Source of the DNA: Eledone cirrhosa
Lineage: Eukaryota
Assembly: GCA_964016885.1 (NCBI GenBank)
Contig: OZ024747.1
Location: 63,550,001 to 63,614,000 of the forward strand
Direction: 5' to 3'
Length of the DNA stretch: 64,000 nt
Both the position numbers and the translations under genes were made by a program. The stretch's first letter is position 1; every line of letters begins with the position of its first letter. The notes beneath the pieces are model-generated. The model searched no databases. It was given only the letters and a program-made list of their open reading frames with translations, and was not told where the DNA came from. Positions 12,835 through 25,622 of this stretch are shown piece after piece.

Positions 12835-13168
12835 TTTGTCCTGGTTGGTAATTAAAGGGTTAAATAGGAACTCTTTAAAATGGGTGGTTTTATTTCAGAG
12901 AACCAGAACTGTTTTTAACTGTGTTGGTAACTAAAGCGTTAAATAGAAAACCTTTAAAATGGGTGGTTTTATAGAACTAGAGCTGGTTTGGGCTGAGTTG
13001 GTAACTAAAGGTTTAAATTGGAACTCTTTAAAATGTATGGCTTTATTTCATAGAGCTAAAGCAGGTTTTGACCAGGTTGGTAACTAAAGGGTTAAACAGG
13101 AACTCTTTAAAATGGATGGTTTTATTTACTAGAGCTGGTTTTGGCTGGTTTGGTATCAAAAGAGTTAA
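12835..13168. repeat. Tandem array of about 75-bp units (ggtaactaaagggttaaataggaactctttaaaatgggtggttttatt...)
   Basis: Four to five diverged units, each containing a ...aaagggttaa TTAA-MITE-like terminus. Confidence 0.8.
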
Positions 13169-14221
13169 AACTTCTCCCAAAATGGACATGAAATGAGACA
13201 ACAAAGAAAATACCAGAGCAAGATGAAACAACATATTCCTCTGAAAAATGATCATAAGCTGAGCCATTATGACTGATGAAGTGAACAAAAAAATTTGCTA
13301 ACAGTTATTGGTTTTTATGTTCAATCTTTAGTAGCTGTTGGTTGGCTGCAAAGAATGTATTAACAATATATTAGTAGGTCACACCAGTAAATAAATCACA
13401 CCTCCATTTTGTATACATTTACAATGTAAAATATAATCTGCTGGCTTTTAGTACAGTATGTTGGTTAGAAAAGGTACAACTAGTACATAAGTTTAGATGC
13501 TCAATATAAAATGATTTATGCCAATAATAATCTGATATTTGCTGACAATTCATATTCAAATAGATAAATATATGAGGATATGTAGACATCCACGGTTGCA
13601 ATTTTACAAATTTCGGAAAATAGGACACCAAACATTGTGTATGTATGCTGTCATGTGTATGCATACAGTGATGGTATATATGCAGTAATCTGCATACATG
13701 TATGTGTGTGTGTATGTATGTACATACGTATGTATATATGTATATAACTCTTTAGTCATATTTAAGTATGTCATGTGTATTTGCATATATACGTATGCAA
13801 CCAGATCTATTTATTTATGAGTGTCACGTATATGAATGCCATGTGTATGTATGGACTTATGTCTGCGTATGTATATCAGGAGTATGTATGGATATCATGA
13901 GTATGATTTTCTATGATTTTTATTTGTGTGTCAGGGAAAATTGAAAAGATTATATTCAAAGTTTGTTTATAGTTTATGAAAAATAGACAAACATACTTTA
14001 ATTAAATACTGTCAAAATTCTATGACAATAGACAGAAATTATATTACCAAATTAAATATAAACCAAATAGATTGTATTGAATGTAAATAAAGGGCATAAT
14101 AATAGTTTTATATATGGGTGTATTTTTTCAGAATTTTAGAAATTGTAAAGTAATTTGAAAAATATTACTAGCATTATGGGCATGATTACGTACCATAACA
14201 ATTTTTCTGCGTGTATATATT

Positions 14222-14267
<46 letters not shown>

Positions 14268-14272
14268 CACAT

Positions 14273-14309
<37 letters not shown>

Positions 14310-14574
14310 CACACATACATATATGTGTGTGTGTGTGCATGCGTATATATATATATGTGTGTGTGTATATATATATATGAATGTATGTATGCGTGTATGT
14401 GTGTATATATATATGTATGTATGTGTGTGTGTGTCTGCGCGTGTGTGTGTGTATATATATATATATGTCTCTCAGACATGACACCGTTAATTTAATTTTG
14501 GATATATATATATATGAATGTATGTATATGTGTGAGTGTGTGTGTATATGTATATATATGAATGTGTGTGTGTA

Positions 14575-14657
<83 letters not shown>

Positions 14658-14658
14658 A

Positions 14659-14689
<31 letters not shown>

Positions 14690-15167
14690 GTAGATAAATC
14701 TACCAAGAGTTTACGGTAGTGTCCAATCTGTATGAAGAACTCAATGTATTCCGGATATCATGGAAAGAAGAGATGCAATGAAAAATCACTTTCGGTGAAA
14801 GATAAACGGAATACAGAGTCAAGATAAAATATTAAAAAAATAATGAATAAAACAATGAAACAGTTCCTTATATTAAACAAAAAAAGTTCATTATTTAACG
14901 ATCGTTTCTAGGATATATATGTGTTAGAATTGGCATGCATATTCAACAGATTATTATTTCTGAAGACGGCATATATGTGTGTTTGGTATGTATATTTAAT
15001 CTTGATAGTTTGTATAATTTTGTATAATTTTGTACATAGATCTGTTGAATATGCATGCCAATTCTAACACATATATATCCTAGAAACGATCGTTAAATAA
15101 TGAACTTTTTTGTTTAATATAAGGAACTGTTTCATTGTTTTTATTCATTATTTTTTTAATATTTTAT
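14690..15167. mobile_element. Fold-back (TA)n-flanked element with a hammerhead ribozyme (Penelope-like pLTR remnant)
   Basis: Near-perfect inverted arms at about 14824-14951 and 15040-15167. The left side extends about 130 nt further, and both sides abut (TA)n. Confidence 0.8.
14953..15101 (+). ncRNA. Type I hammerhead ribozyme with very long stem II
   Basis: Stem I attattt/aaataat, CTGAAGA at 14960-14966, GAAAC-GATC-GTT at 15083-15094. The intervening about 115 nt fold back (ggtatgtatatttaa with ttgaatatgcatgcc, atatatgtgt with acacatatat). Confidence 0.7.
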
Positions 15168-15934
15168 ATATATATATATATATAAATTCAAACTGAGAAA
15201 AACAAATGAGATAACAATTTACCATCTTACTACAAACATCAAAACTGTGGTTTTGCCTCGTAAGATCAGTTTAGGATAATCTAATAAGTTAGGATATCAA
15301 AAGTATCAACTCATCAAGGGATCATCTCAATACAAGAGATATTTTCAAGTGACCACAACATATAAATGTTTTTGAAAGAGAAAAAGGTCAAAGTGTTGGC
15401 AGTTGACTTGAAAGGGAGTAATAGGTGGACAGTCAGCAGATATGAAGGATTACTTGAAATAACTCACCTTCTAGAATAGTTTTCATTGATTACAGAGAAG
15501 TATAGAACAAATTATCATATAAAGGAAAAGAGTCAGGACCCCGACGGTTGAGCTCTAGCCGTTTCGACAGCTGGATCTGAACAGGTTCGGATCTAGCTGT
15601 CGAAATGGCTGGATGGATGAAAGTCAATGTTAATTTCAATGGCATTTTGAATTCCGAACAGTTGATATGTGTGTAAAGATTTGCTGATCCCCATAGAACA
15701 TATGAAGAAGGTATGCAAAATATATGGCAAAAAAGCTGTGCTGGAAAAGATCCATCTTCCTATGTGTCTTAGACACAAATGTATGTGTCTACATTTATAT
15801 ATTTAAATATATATATATATGGAATAGAATGAAACGAAATTTCATTTCTCACTCTTAGTACGGCAGTTACTTAAATGTAAGTATGCATGTATGTATACGT
15901 ACATACATATATGTATACAGAAATATATATATAA

Positions 15935-15965
<31 letters not shown>

Positions 15966-17354
15966 CATACATATATATAAATAAACACACACACACATAT
16001 ATATATATATACATACATATATATACACACACTCATATATATAAATACACACATATATATATATATACATATATAAATACGTATATATTTATATATACAT
16101 ATATATATGCATATACATATATATACACACACACATAAATATTGCCTGTACAGAAAATCGTATATATAGATTTTTGAGGACATCCTGTATTTATACATTT
16201 ATATATCATTTGCCCACATTCCTCACAGAATGTTCAGTGTGTGTAAATGAAATTAACTTTAACATTTCTTTTTTATTTCCAATAAACTTGCCTGAAAGGT
16301 GTGATATTGAAATATGTGCATATTTCTCTGAAGGAACCGACCTGATCTGTTTAGGATATTGGTAGTTTATTGAAGTTATGTCAGTTATTTGTAATGTCTT
16401 CAAATTAAACTGAGAAAGAATATATATAAATATGAAAACATCAGTGATCCATAGAAGACAGTTGATGAGTGGAAATTGTGTTTGTGTTTCTCTCACGTTT
16501 TCTATATATATGTATGTATGTATGTATGTATATATTGATTGCTTGTGGAACCTGAAAAACAGTAAGATAAAATGTGTACATTTTCACTTTTCCTGTACAT
16601 ATTTCCTGATCTAATATCTCACTGTATTGTCTAATTTCTTCCACACATAAATGTATACACACATGTGTGTGTGTATGTGTGTGTGTGTGTGTGTTTGCAT
16701 GTGTGAAGATTGAGTTGTAATGAGGTAGAAACTACCGGTCGTGCTACAAATCTCACCACACCAATAAATCAAAAAGTTATTCTAAAATATATATTAAGTA
16801 GTATTTCTTGCATTCATCCTTATGTACATATATGTATATATGTACATATATGTATGTATGTGTATATATATATATATATATATGTATGAATATATATGGT
16901 TTGTGGAATAAGAATCTTGAAACCTTTTAATATAGCCTGTTTATATATATATATATATATAATCCGGCTATATTAAAAGGTTACAAGACTCTTATTCCAC
17001 ATACCATAGAGGCATTGACCTGTACTAAGGTCTGGTCTAAGTAGATATATTACAAGTGCAAACAATTTCTCACTAACTGATGCCATTATGGTAGAACTAT
17101 TTCAAAGATAGACATCGTTCTTTTGTTGCTGATATATTAGATATAATATGATGATGACGGTGATTGGAGGGATAAGTTATGTGTCAACATGTTTTGTGTG
17201 GAGAATGGTAAAAGTTTCATAAAAAAAATTCACTATTGGTGATGAATAATTAAGATTTGTGCATAGAAGACACACATACTTATTTATATATACACACATG
17301 TATGTATATATGTATACATGTATGTATATACGTATAGATATATATATATGTGTA

Positions 17355-17430
<76 letters not shown>

Positions 17431-17437
<7 letters not shown>

Positions 17438-17661
17438 ATACTTTGGGAGGGTCATGTTGCCAATAAGAAACACACGCACCAGTTGCTTTCACTTCAATTT
17501 ATTATAATAAATTTATAAATTTAGGAATTTTATAATAAATTGAAGTGAAAGCAACTGGTGCGTGTGTTTCTTATTGGAAACATGACCCTCCCAAAGTATA
17601 ACAATATCGGTTTCAATACACGTTTTCAGATAAAGAATCTTCCTAAACAAATTCAGAAACG

Positions 17662-17664
<3 letters not shown>
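17431..17664. mobile_element. Fold-back remnant of Penelope-like family P1 (short arm plus long arm)
   Basis: Inverted arms 17431-17507 and 17530-17606 with an extension to 17664. Same sequence as the ends of 25358-26591, flanked by (TA)n. Confidence 0.9.
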
Positions 17665-17696
<32 letters not shown>

Positions 17697-17806
17697 TCCA
17701 GTTCCTCAGTGAAATAACAACCCAACCAGGAACTAGGTATATCAGAGTATTGACAAAATTATACGCCTCAACAACATATGTACTTGTCTATACCACACTA
17801 ATTCGG

Positions 17807-17861
17807 ACTGCCTGAAGAGGTCACAGCCAAAGATGGCTGTCACTGAAATATATATAGCAGT
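17807..17861 (+). ncRNA. Type I hammerhead ribozyme
   Basis: actgc CTGAAGA ggtcacagcc-aaagat-ggctgtcact GAAA tatata TA gcagt. Stems I and II and a palindromic stem III are present, followed by aataaa. It lies in a segment of about 220 nt flanked by (TA)n. Confidence 0.9.
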
Positions 17862-17906
17862 AATAAACAAAGCTAAATTTTAAACATTTGACTTCTTATT
17901 TAACTT

Positions 17907-17948
<42 letters not shown>

Positions 17949-18031
17949 ATATATATATATATATATATACACATATATGTGTGTGTGGGTGTATATATAT
18001 ATAAATATATATATATATGTGTATATATATA

Positions 18032-18088
<57 letters not shown>

Positions 18089-18113
18089 GTGTGTGTATAT
18101 ATCTATATATATC

Positions 18114-18155
<42 letters not shown>

Positions 18156-18186
18156 CGTATATATATATATATATATATATATATAC

Positions 18187-18270
<84 letters not shown>

Positions 18271-18410
18271 ATTAAAATTGGTGCTCTGAAATAGTGATGT
18301 GTATATGAATGTATATATAGTGTATTTGGCAATACACAGTATGCTTAATTAAAAGCATTTTGAAGACCTTACGCTATTGTTTTAAAGTAGTGACTATGTC
18401 ACTTATTTCT

Positions 18411-18503
18411 TTTTCCAACAAACAAAGGGAGTTAAGCTGACAGATCTCTGTTTCATACTGTTGGTATTCCTCAGAGCTTAACACTCCCCTTGTTTGTTGA
18501 AAA
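18411..18503 (-). ncRNA. Type I hammerhead ribozyme with GUC cleavage site and long stem I
   Basis: Minus strand reads gttaagct CTGAGGA atac-caaca-gtat GAAA caga-ga-tctg TC agcttaac (core 18431-18482). Stem I is extended by caacaaacaaggggag / ctccctttgtttgttg. Confidence 0.9.
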
Positions 18504-19095
18504 TTATGTATGTTGGATTCTTATAGAATTCCAGTACTAATCAGGAACTGATTATACAGAGTGGTTGCCGGTCCAGCAAAAATTGAAAATTAGAATTAAG
18601 TAGACATGTCTCTATCCTATATATACGCACTACCTCCTGATAGACTCATGACTTAGCTATGACATTATGCATAAGTAGATGTACTTAAATCTTCCTATAT
18701 ATAGCTAATACATATGATACGTTCATGACATTCATGATATTATGAATAAGTAGTCATGTCTCTATCTTATATAAATTTGTGTTTATCTATTACACCATGT
18801 AATTTATCTGTAATTTAGTAATTTCATGCTCCCATCTATTGTATCAGTACAATGTTAAAATCTAGAAAGCCTCCAGCTACTGCTATTTAATGGAAAGCTG
18901 TTAACATTATTTTACAGTCGACTTTATATTTTCCCTAATAAGAAAAATATCTACTCCATTTTTGTGTACATGCACGTGTTTGTGTCTGTGTGTGTGTGAG
19001 CAATGTGTGTGTGTTTCTATGTGTGTATGTTTCTCTGAGTGTCTATTTGTGTATTAGAGTGTATGTCTATCTATGCATGTGTTAGTGTGTATCTC

Positions 19096-19132
<37 letters not shown>

Positions 19133-19519
19133 CTGTATGTATGTTTGACTGTGCATGTGTTTGTGTGTCTCTGTCTGTGAATGTGCTTGTGTGTGTGTGT
19201 GTGTGTGAATGTCTGTATTCTATGCATGTGTTAGTGTGTGTGTTTGTGTGCCTGTGTGTATGTCTGTCGGTGAGTGTGTGTCTGTCTGTGCATGTGTTTG
19301 CGTGTCTGTGTGTAGGGATGTGCTTGTATATGTATGGGTGTGTTTAGGCTTATGTGTGTGTATATGTATATATGTTAGTGTGTGTGTGTTTTAATATGTT
19401 CCTTTGGAATATATTTTTTTTCCTAACTCTCTAAACATGTCTACATCAACTTGAAAATTTTAAGTGAAAGGTTTAATAAGATAATTGTTTCTACTTTTGG
19501 CACAAGGCATAATAATGAA

Positions 19520-19645
19520 AATTATTGTGTACAGTGTTCAGGTGCAGTTCATCAAAAGTGCATATATAGTACATAGAATATTGTACAAATGTCAGGAAAG
19601 TGAACAGTGTATGAGTGATGATATATATACACAGATACATGTGAT
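19520..19645 (+). repeat. Interspersed repeat of unknown class (also about 20660-20780 reverse and 56690-56800)
   Basis: aattattgtgtacagtg.tcaggtgca...catagaata.tgtacaaa.gtcaggaaa.tgaaca.t.tatgagt occurs three times. Confidence 0.75.
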
Positions 19646-19891
19646 ATTTGATATGGAAATGTTAGAGGTACCTTATGTTTTGTATGGAACTGGTACAAGT
19701 AACACATGTCTAGTATGGATCTGGTACAGGCACCACATGCTTGGTATGGAACTGGTACAATTACCACATGTTTAATATGGGACTGAGACTGGAATCATAT
19801 GTTTGGTATGGAACTGAACTAGTATTACATATCTGATATGGAACTGGTAGAGACAGTTTGGTATCAAAATGGTTTAAACACTTATTGTAAT

Positions 19892-20290
19892 GAAGGCACA
19901 TGGATTAGTGGTTAGAGCATAGGGCTTGCAATCGAAAGGTTGTGAGTTCAATCTCAGACTGGGGTGATGTGTTGTTTCCTTGAACAAGACACTTTATTTC
20001 ACATTTCTCCAGTTTATTCAGCTGTAGAAATGAGATGATAGGGACTGGGGTCCATATCATTCCACTGCAAAGTGGTCGTAGAGGTGCCACGGCAAAAAAG
20101 CACCCAGCACTCACTGTAAATGAGGTTGGTGTTAGGAAGGGCATCCAGCTGTAGAAATCAAGCCAGAATCAGTTCCCATATGAGCAAGAGAAGGTCAGCT
20201 GACCGGACACTGCCCACAACAGGACAACCCGTCTAACCCATGCTAGCATTGAAGAATGGACGTAAAACGGTGATGATGATGATGATGATG
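19892..20290 (+). mobile_element. SINE family B: tRNA-like head, ccttga.caagacact core, RTE-derived 3' tail (type 1)
   Basis: Head tggattagtggttagagc...gtgagttcaatc. The 3' approximately 220 nt match the RTE 3' UTR (about 39320-39575, with an internal deletion) and end in (GAT)n. Confidence 0.9.
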
Positions 20291-20789
20291 TATAGTGATA
20301 TTTATATTTGCAAATGTACTTAAATTATTTAAGATTATTTTGGCATTTTTTCCTGAGCTTCATGTCAACCCAAATCTTGGAAGTGAAATTGAGTGAATAA
20401 AAACTGTTTAGCATCATTCTGTTTGATGGATAGTACCTGTAAGTTACAGTGCCACGTTTGAAAATTTCCTGGTTTTAAGGGTATCGTGAAAGGGTTGAGC
20501 TGTTACGTTTACAGTGGTGGTAGGACATCGGCAATAAGTGTGTGAATCTGTGAGGGGAATATGTTGAATAAAATCATAATTAACTAATCCTCCTGTATTT
20601 TCTTTTACCCAAATTTCTAAATTCGCCAACACTACACCTGATATCCCCCGTGCTATACACATGCACATATGTATATCATGACTCATATATTGTTCACTTT
20701 CCTGACATTTGTACATTATTCTATGTACTAATCATCGACCTTTGATGAGTTGTGCACCTGAACACTGTACACAATAATTCCATTATTAT

Positions 20790-21520
20790 TATTTCAGCAC
20801 CCTGTTACACTTGTAATTCAAAGGGTCAGCTTTGCCACACATTGTATCCCACTGAGAATTATGTTAAGTGTACATGTGCCTATAGAATACTTAGTTACTA
20901 TGACTATAACTCAAGATGAATTTTACCTGTAATTCAAAGAACAAATCTTGTGATACTGTGTCACACTGAATCTCCCTGAGAATCATGTTAAGTGTACATG
21001 TCACTGTGGAATACTCAACCACTTGCTGTGCAAGGCAAGATGCACTGTACCTGTGATTCAAAGGGCCAGCATTGACCGACTGTGTCATGGTGAATTTTTC
21101 TAAGAATTCTGTTAAGGGTAAAGATGTCTGTGGAATACTCAGCCACTTATATGAGTTGGTTGCTCCATTGCTTATACAGCTGGAATCCAGTAAAATTCTG
21201 TTTTACTTTCAATTACAAAAAGGAATAAACAAAAAAAACAAAACAAACATTCACAGATCGGATAACCTAGTGTGAGTCATACTGTCACATATTGAATCTG
21301 TCTGAGAATCATGTTAATTGTACACATCACTGTGGAATACTCTGCCATTTGAATTACAAAATGGAAGAAAAAAAAAATACTTCAGATCAGATAACCTACT
21401 ATGAGTTACACTGTGTCACATTGAATCTCCCTGAGAATTATGTTAAAGGAACACGTGACTGTGGAATCCTCACCCACTTGCAGTGTAATGCAAGATGCAA
21501 TGTAGCTGTTATTCAAAGTA
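20790..21520 (+). repeat. Tandem array of decayed SINE-body units (cacactgaatctccctgagaatcatgttaag...ctgtggaatactc)
   Basis: About five diverged units spaced roughly 115-200 bp apart. Confidence 0.7.
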
Positions 21521-21680
21521 TGAGTATGGTGAGGTCATCCAACCATATCATGGCTTGGACTATGACAACCAATTCCACCCATACAATGGAAAACAGACAT
21601 AAAATGATGACAATGACAACAAACTAATGTTATGTCTATTTAACACTCTTCTATAAAGACATCGTCCTGACTTAACCTTT

Positions 21681-21727
<47 letters not shown>

Positions 21728-22839
21728 AACTAACAGACGTTTGATAACATTAACAACAAAATCTTCACACAGAAATGTCATATCAAATATAGAATATTTC
21801 CACTGTTTTGTACATAATTTAGAATTATTATATAAGATAAGATCCATTAAAATATTTATTTTTATAATATCCATTAGCTACACCCTCAATCAACTCCCTC
21901 TCTCTCTCATGCACTCTTTCCCTCAATCTAAGTTCACTACCAAAGTTATATTATTATCTCTCTCCAGAGTGAGCCTTGGATTTCCATTTTCAGAATACCA
22001 AGAGAGAGTCTATTATACATAATCTTTTCTCTCAAGCAATATTTCAGATTTGTACTTGTTATCAATCTATAATAAACTTTAACAACATACAGTTTGTGTT
22101 GGACAAGCAGGAAAATGTTAGTTAAGTAGTTGTAGTGGCTGACTGGTGATATTAGCAGCAAATCTGGCAGTAATCTGCCTTCCCTCTCTGCCAAACATTA
22201 AGTAGCCTTACAAAGAAAAGCAGGATAATTTCAAATTGATTTTGTCTGCAGTAATAGTCAGTGCTAAGTGTAAGTAATTTAAATAGTGGAACTGTAAGCA
22301 TTATACATTACTTAGCTATCTGTGTAGTTTATGGAGCTTAGGAATGGCATTAAAAACTCAATATTTATGTTTTCGACCTCTTCCAAACAGATTCTGGATT
22401 GGAAAAACATTGCTGTGAAACAATATTGTTATTATTTTCTTTATTCTCTAATTATTTTATTTTACTCTTTCACTAGTGTCATTCAGTTCACTAAAGCCAT
22501 GCTGAAGGGGTCTAGTCAAATTTATTGACTCTTTTCTTCTTTAGTCTGATACTAACTTCATCTATCTCTATTTTTCAAAATGCTAAGTTGTGAGACACGA
22601 AGAACAGCATAAACACACACTGATGATGATGGTGGTGGTGGTGGTGTTGGTATTGGTAGTGATGGTGGTTGTGGTGGTGGTGGTGGTCAGCTTGTTACAA
22701 TTAGGGTCAGGTCTTATTCAGAAGCTCTGCTCTCATATACAGCTCAGAAAACCACATCTTGCTCATATGTTGGCATGGTTTCTATAGCTAGATGTCCTTT
22801 GTAATACCAACTACTTAACAATTGGTTCAATAGAGATGT

Positions 22840-23258
22840 TGTATGTCCTTGACAAGTCTAAAGTTCTCTCTCTACCTTACATTGCTTCCCATGGAGAGGA
22901 TGTATGTCCTTGACAAGTCTAAAGTTCTCTCTCTACCTTACATTGCTTCCCATGGAGAGGATGTATGTCCTTGACAAGTCTAAAGTTCTCTCTCTACCTT
23001 ACATTGCTTCCCATGGAGAGGATGTATGTCCTTGACAAGTCTAAAGTTCTCTCTCTACCTTACATTGCTTCCCATGGAGAGGATGTATGTCCTTGACAAG
23101 GCTAAAGATCTCTTCCTACCTTACACTGCTTTCCATGGAGAGGTTGAATCTCCTTGACAAGACTAATCAGCTCTCTCTACCTTACACTGCTTCCCATAAA
23201 GAGGATGAATCTCCTTGACAAGACTAATCAGCTCTCTCTAACTTACATTGCTTCCCAT
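22840..23258. repeat. 61-bp minisatellite, about 7 copies
   Basis: Unit atgtatgtccttgacaagtctaaagttctctctctaccttacattgcttcccatggagagg, with starts 61 bp apart (22842, 22903, 22964). The first four are identical and the last ones diverged. Confidence 0.95.
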
Positions 23259-23374
23259 TCATTCTGTACATTAATAACAATTATTTATCCTGCGTTAAAA
23301 GACATTTTGGGGGAATTTGAATTTTCATATCTATCAAACTTATAAGTTCATAATAGATAAAAGACTGAAATAAA

Positions 23375-23593
23375 TAATGGTTTCTGGTTTAGACACAAAG
23401 TCAACAATTTTGGAGCAAGGGAAAAGTAATTTAAATTGACCCCAGTGCATTACTGGTGCTTTATTTTATCAACCTCCTATGGATGAAAGGCAAAGCTAAC
23501 CTCTGCAGGATTTGAAATCAGAACGTAAGGGGTTATAACTCTGTGCCACAAAGCATTTTGTCCGACGCTCTACCGATTCTGCCAATCCATTGC

Positions 23594-23595
<2 letters not shown>
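23375..23595 (-). mobile_element. SINE family A copy
   Basis: Reverse-complement match to the consensus, adjacent to (AAT)n. Confidence 0.8.
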
Positions 23596-23646
<51 letters not shown>

Positions 23647-24324
23647 GAAGAATAAAGCAGTAAATAAAACTAATGAAATTCCTGTTTCTATATCTATACA
23701 ATAAATGAAGAGAAATCCTCTCTTTATTTCAAATATAAATTAATATATATAATGAATATATTAATTCATTGATAATATTTACCTTAATTGAAAACAATGT
23801 CATTTTGTTTTTCACCTGAAAACATGTTAATTAGAAATAAATATACATCACAATTCTTTTGTCTTGGTTGGTTCCAGTTTTTTTTCACACCTAACTGATG
23901 TTATTTATTAACATCATTTGGCAACCTTCTAGTTATTTTATCACTTCCCTTACAACTTTAGACAATATATGTTTAGTTATCTCAATGTCTTCTATTTTTA
24001 CATATATTTCTGTTTCATGCAATGATACATATAGTGAAGTTATGTATATGTTTGTTACTTTAAATAAGTCTGTATTATAGTAGCGATGTATTTGTTTTGC
24101 AAGGTTCTTTATATGAAATATCATGCATTGAAAGAGATATTGATGTCACAGATGAAAGAACTTAGAAAAACTATATTTATATTTAGTTTTTTAATTGTTA
24201 ATCAATGAGAAGCATTGATTGCCAGCTAAATTATTGATAGAAATATAAAAATATACTGAAGTGAAAACCAAACAAACAGTGAGTGTGTTTTACTATATTT
24301 TGGTAATATTAGGACAACATGAAG

Positions 24325-24545
24325 TGTGGTGGATTGGCAGTATCGGTAGGGCATTGGATAACATGCCTAATGGCATAGGGTTACACCCCTTTACGATCTG
24401 AGTTCAAAACCTGATGAGGCTAGCTTTGTCTTTCATCCTTACGGAGTCAATAAAATAAGTCCCAGTAATGAACTGGAGTTGATTTAATTGACTTTCCCCT
24501 CCCAAAATATTGTTGGCCTTGTTCCTAAATTAAAAGCCATTATTA
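24325..24545 (+). mobile_element. SINE family A copy
   Basis: ggtggattggcagtatcggtag...ctttcatccttacggagtcaataaaataag. Confidence 0.8.
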
Positions 24546-25326
24546 GGACAACGTGACCCTCTCCAAATATATCAATATTTATTATATTCTCAGCCATATT
24601 CTTCTAATAAACATCAACCACTGAAAATTAAATTAGCTTTTGTTTTTATTTAAGATGAAAACAATGAAAATTGTATTACTATTGGTTTTGTTGTTATTAT
24701 TTTTTATAGTGTCAATATGTCATTCAGAGCCATTGGTATACCTACATATGCACACACATACACACACATACACAGACATACAAATACATGTGGACACGCA
24801 AACATACACATCCACACTGGCACACACAAACACACAATACATACACACTGGCACGCACATAAACACTGGCACACACAAAGACACAAATATTATACACACA
24901 CAAATACTCACACACATATATATATATATATATTTAATAAAAGTTCATGCTTTTTATCTTGTTAGTGAAAGGTGGTGGAAGGTTACATTATGTTGCAGGG
25001 TGGGTCTTCTTCAGCATATAAGTGTGTGTGTATGTATATATATATATTAAATTTAAGTGAGAAAAAACTCTATTTATGGGAGTACAAATCAGATAGACAA
25101 AAAAATTATCATATTTTGTGTATCTAGTAATCTTTAATATATATATATAAATCAGTATAGAACCAGCTTAAAACTAGTTAGATCATTACTCAACAGAGTA
25201 CTTGATACTTGATGTAGTAGAGTATGGCTATACTCTAAAGAGTCGGAAACCCGATAGCTGAGCTCTTGCCATTCCAACAGCTAGCTAGCTGAAATGGCAA
25301 GAACTCAGTTGTCAGGCTCTGACTCT

Positions 25327-25357
<31 letters not shown>

Positions 25358-25577
25358 CGTTTCTGAATTTGTTTAGCAAGATTCTTTATCTGAAATCGTG
25401 TGTTGAAACCGATATTGTTATACTTTGGAAGGGTCATGTTGCCAATAAGAAACACACGCACCAGTTGCTTTCACTTCAATTTATTATATATTTATAAATT
25501 TATAAATTTACAAATCTACAAATCTATAAATTTCTGGTTGGTTGGTTGGTTCCACAACCAGATAGTTGTTTATATAT

Positions 25578-25622
25578 AGTCATAGTCCTTTCGTCACACA
25601 CTCTGTGACCTCTTCAGTGACT
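25578..25622 (-). ncRNA. Minimal hammerhead ribozyme (inverted pLTR copy)
   Basis: Exact reverse complement of 26381-26425. Confidence 0.8.

Noticed and set aside
19892-19970. tRNA gene
   Set aside because: A and B boxes are present, but there is no acceptor stem and it continues into a SINE body in every copy.
22840-23258. CRISPR-like regular array (also 59686-60010)
   Set aside because: Units are contiguous with no unique spacers, there are no cas genes, and the context is eukaryotic. These are ordinary minisatellites.
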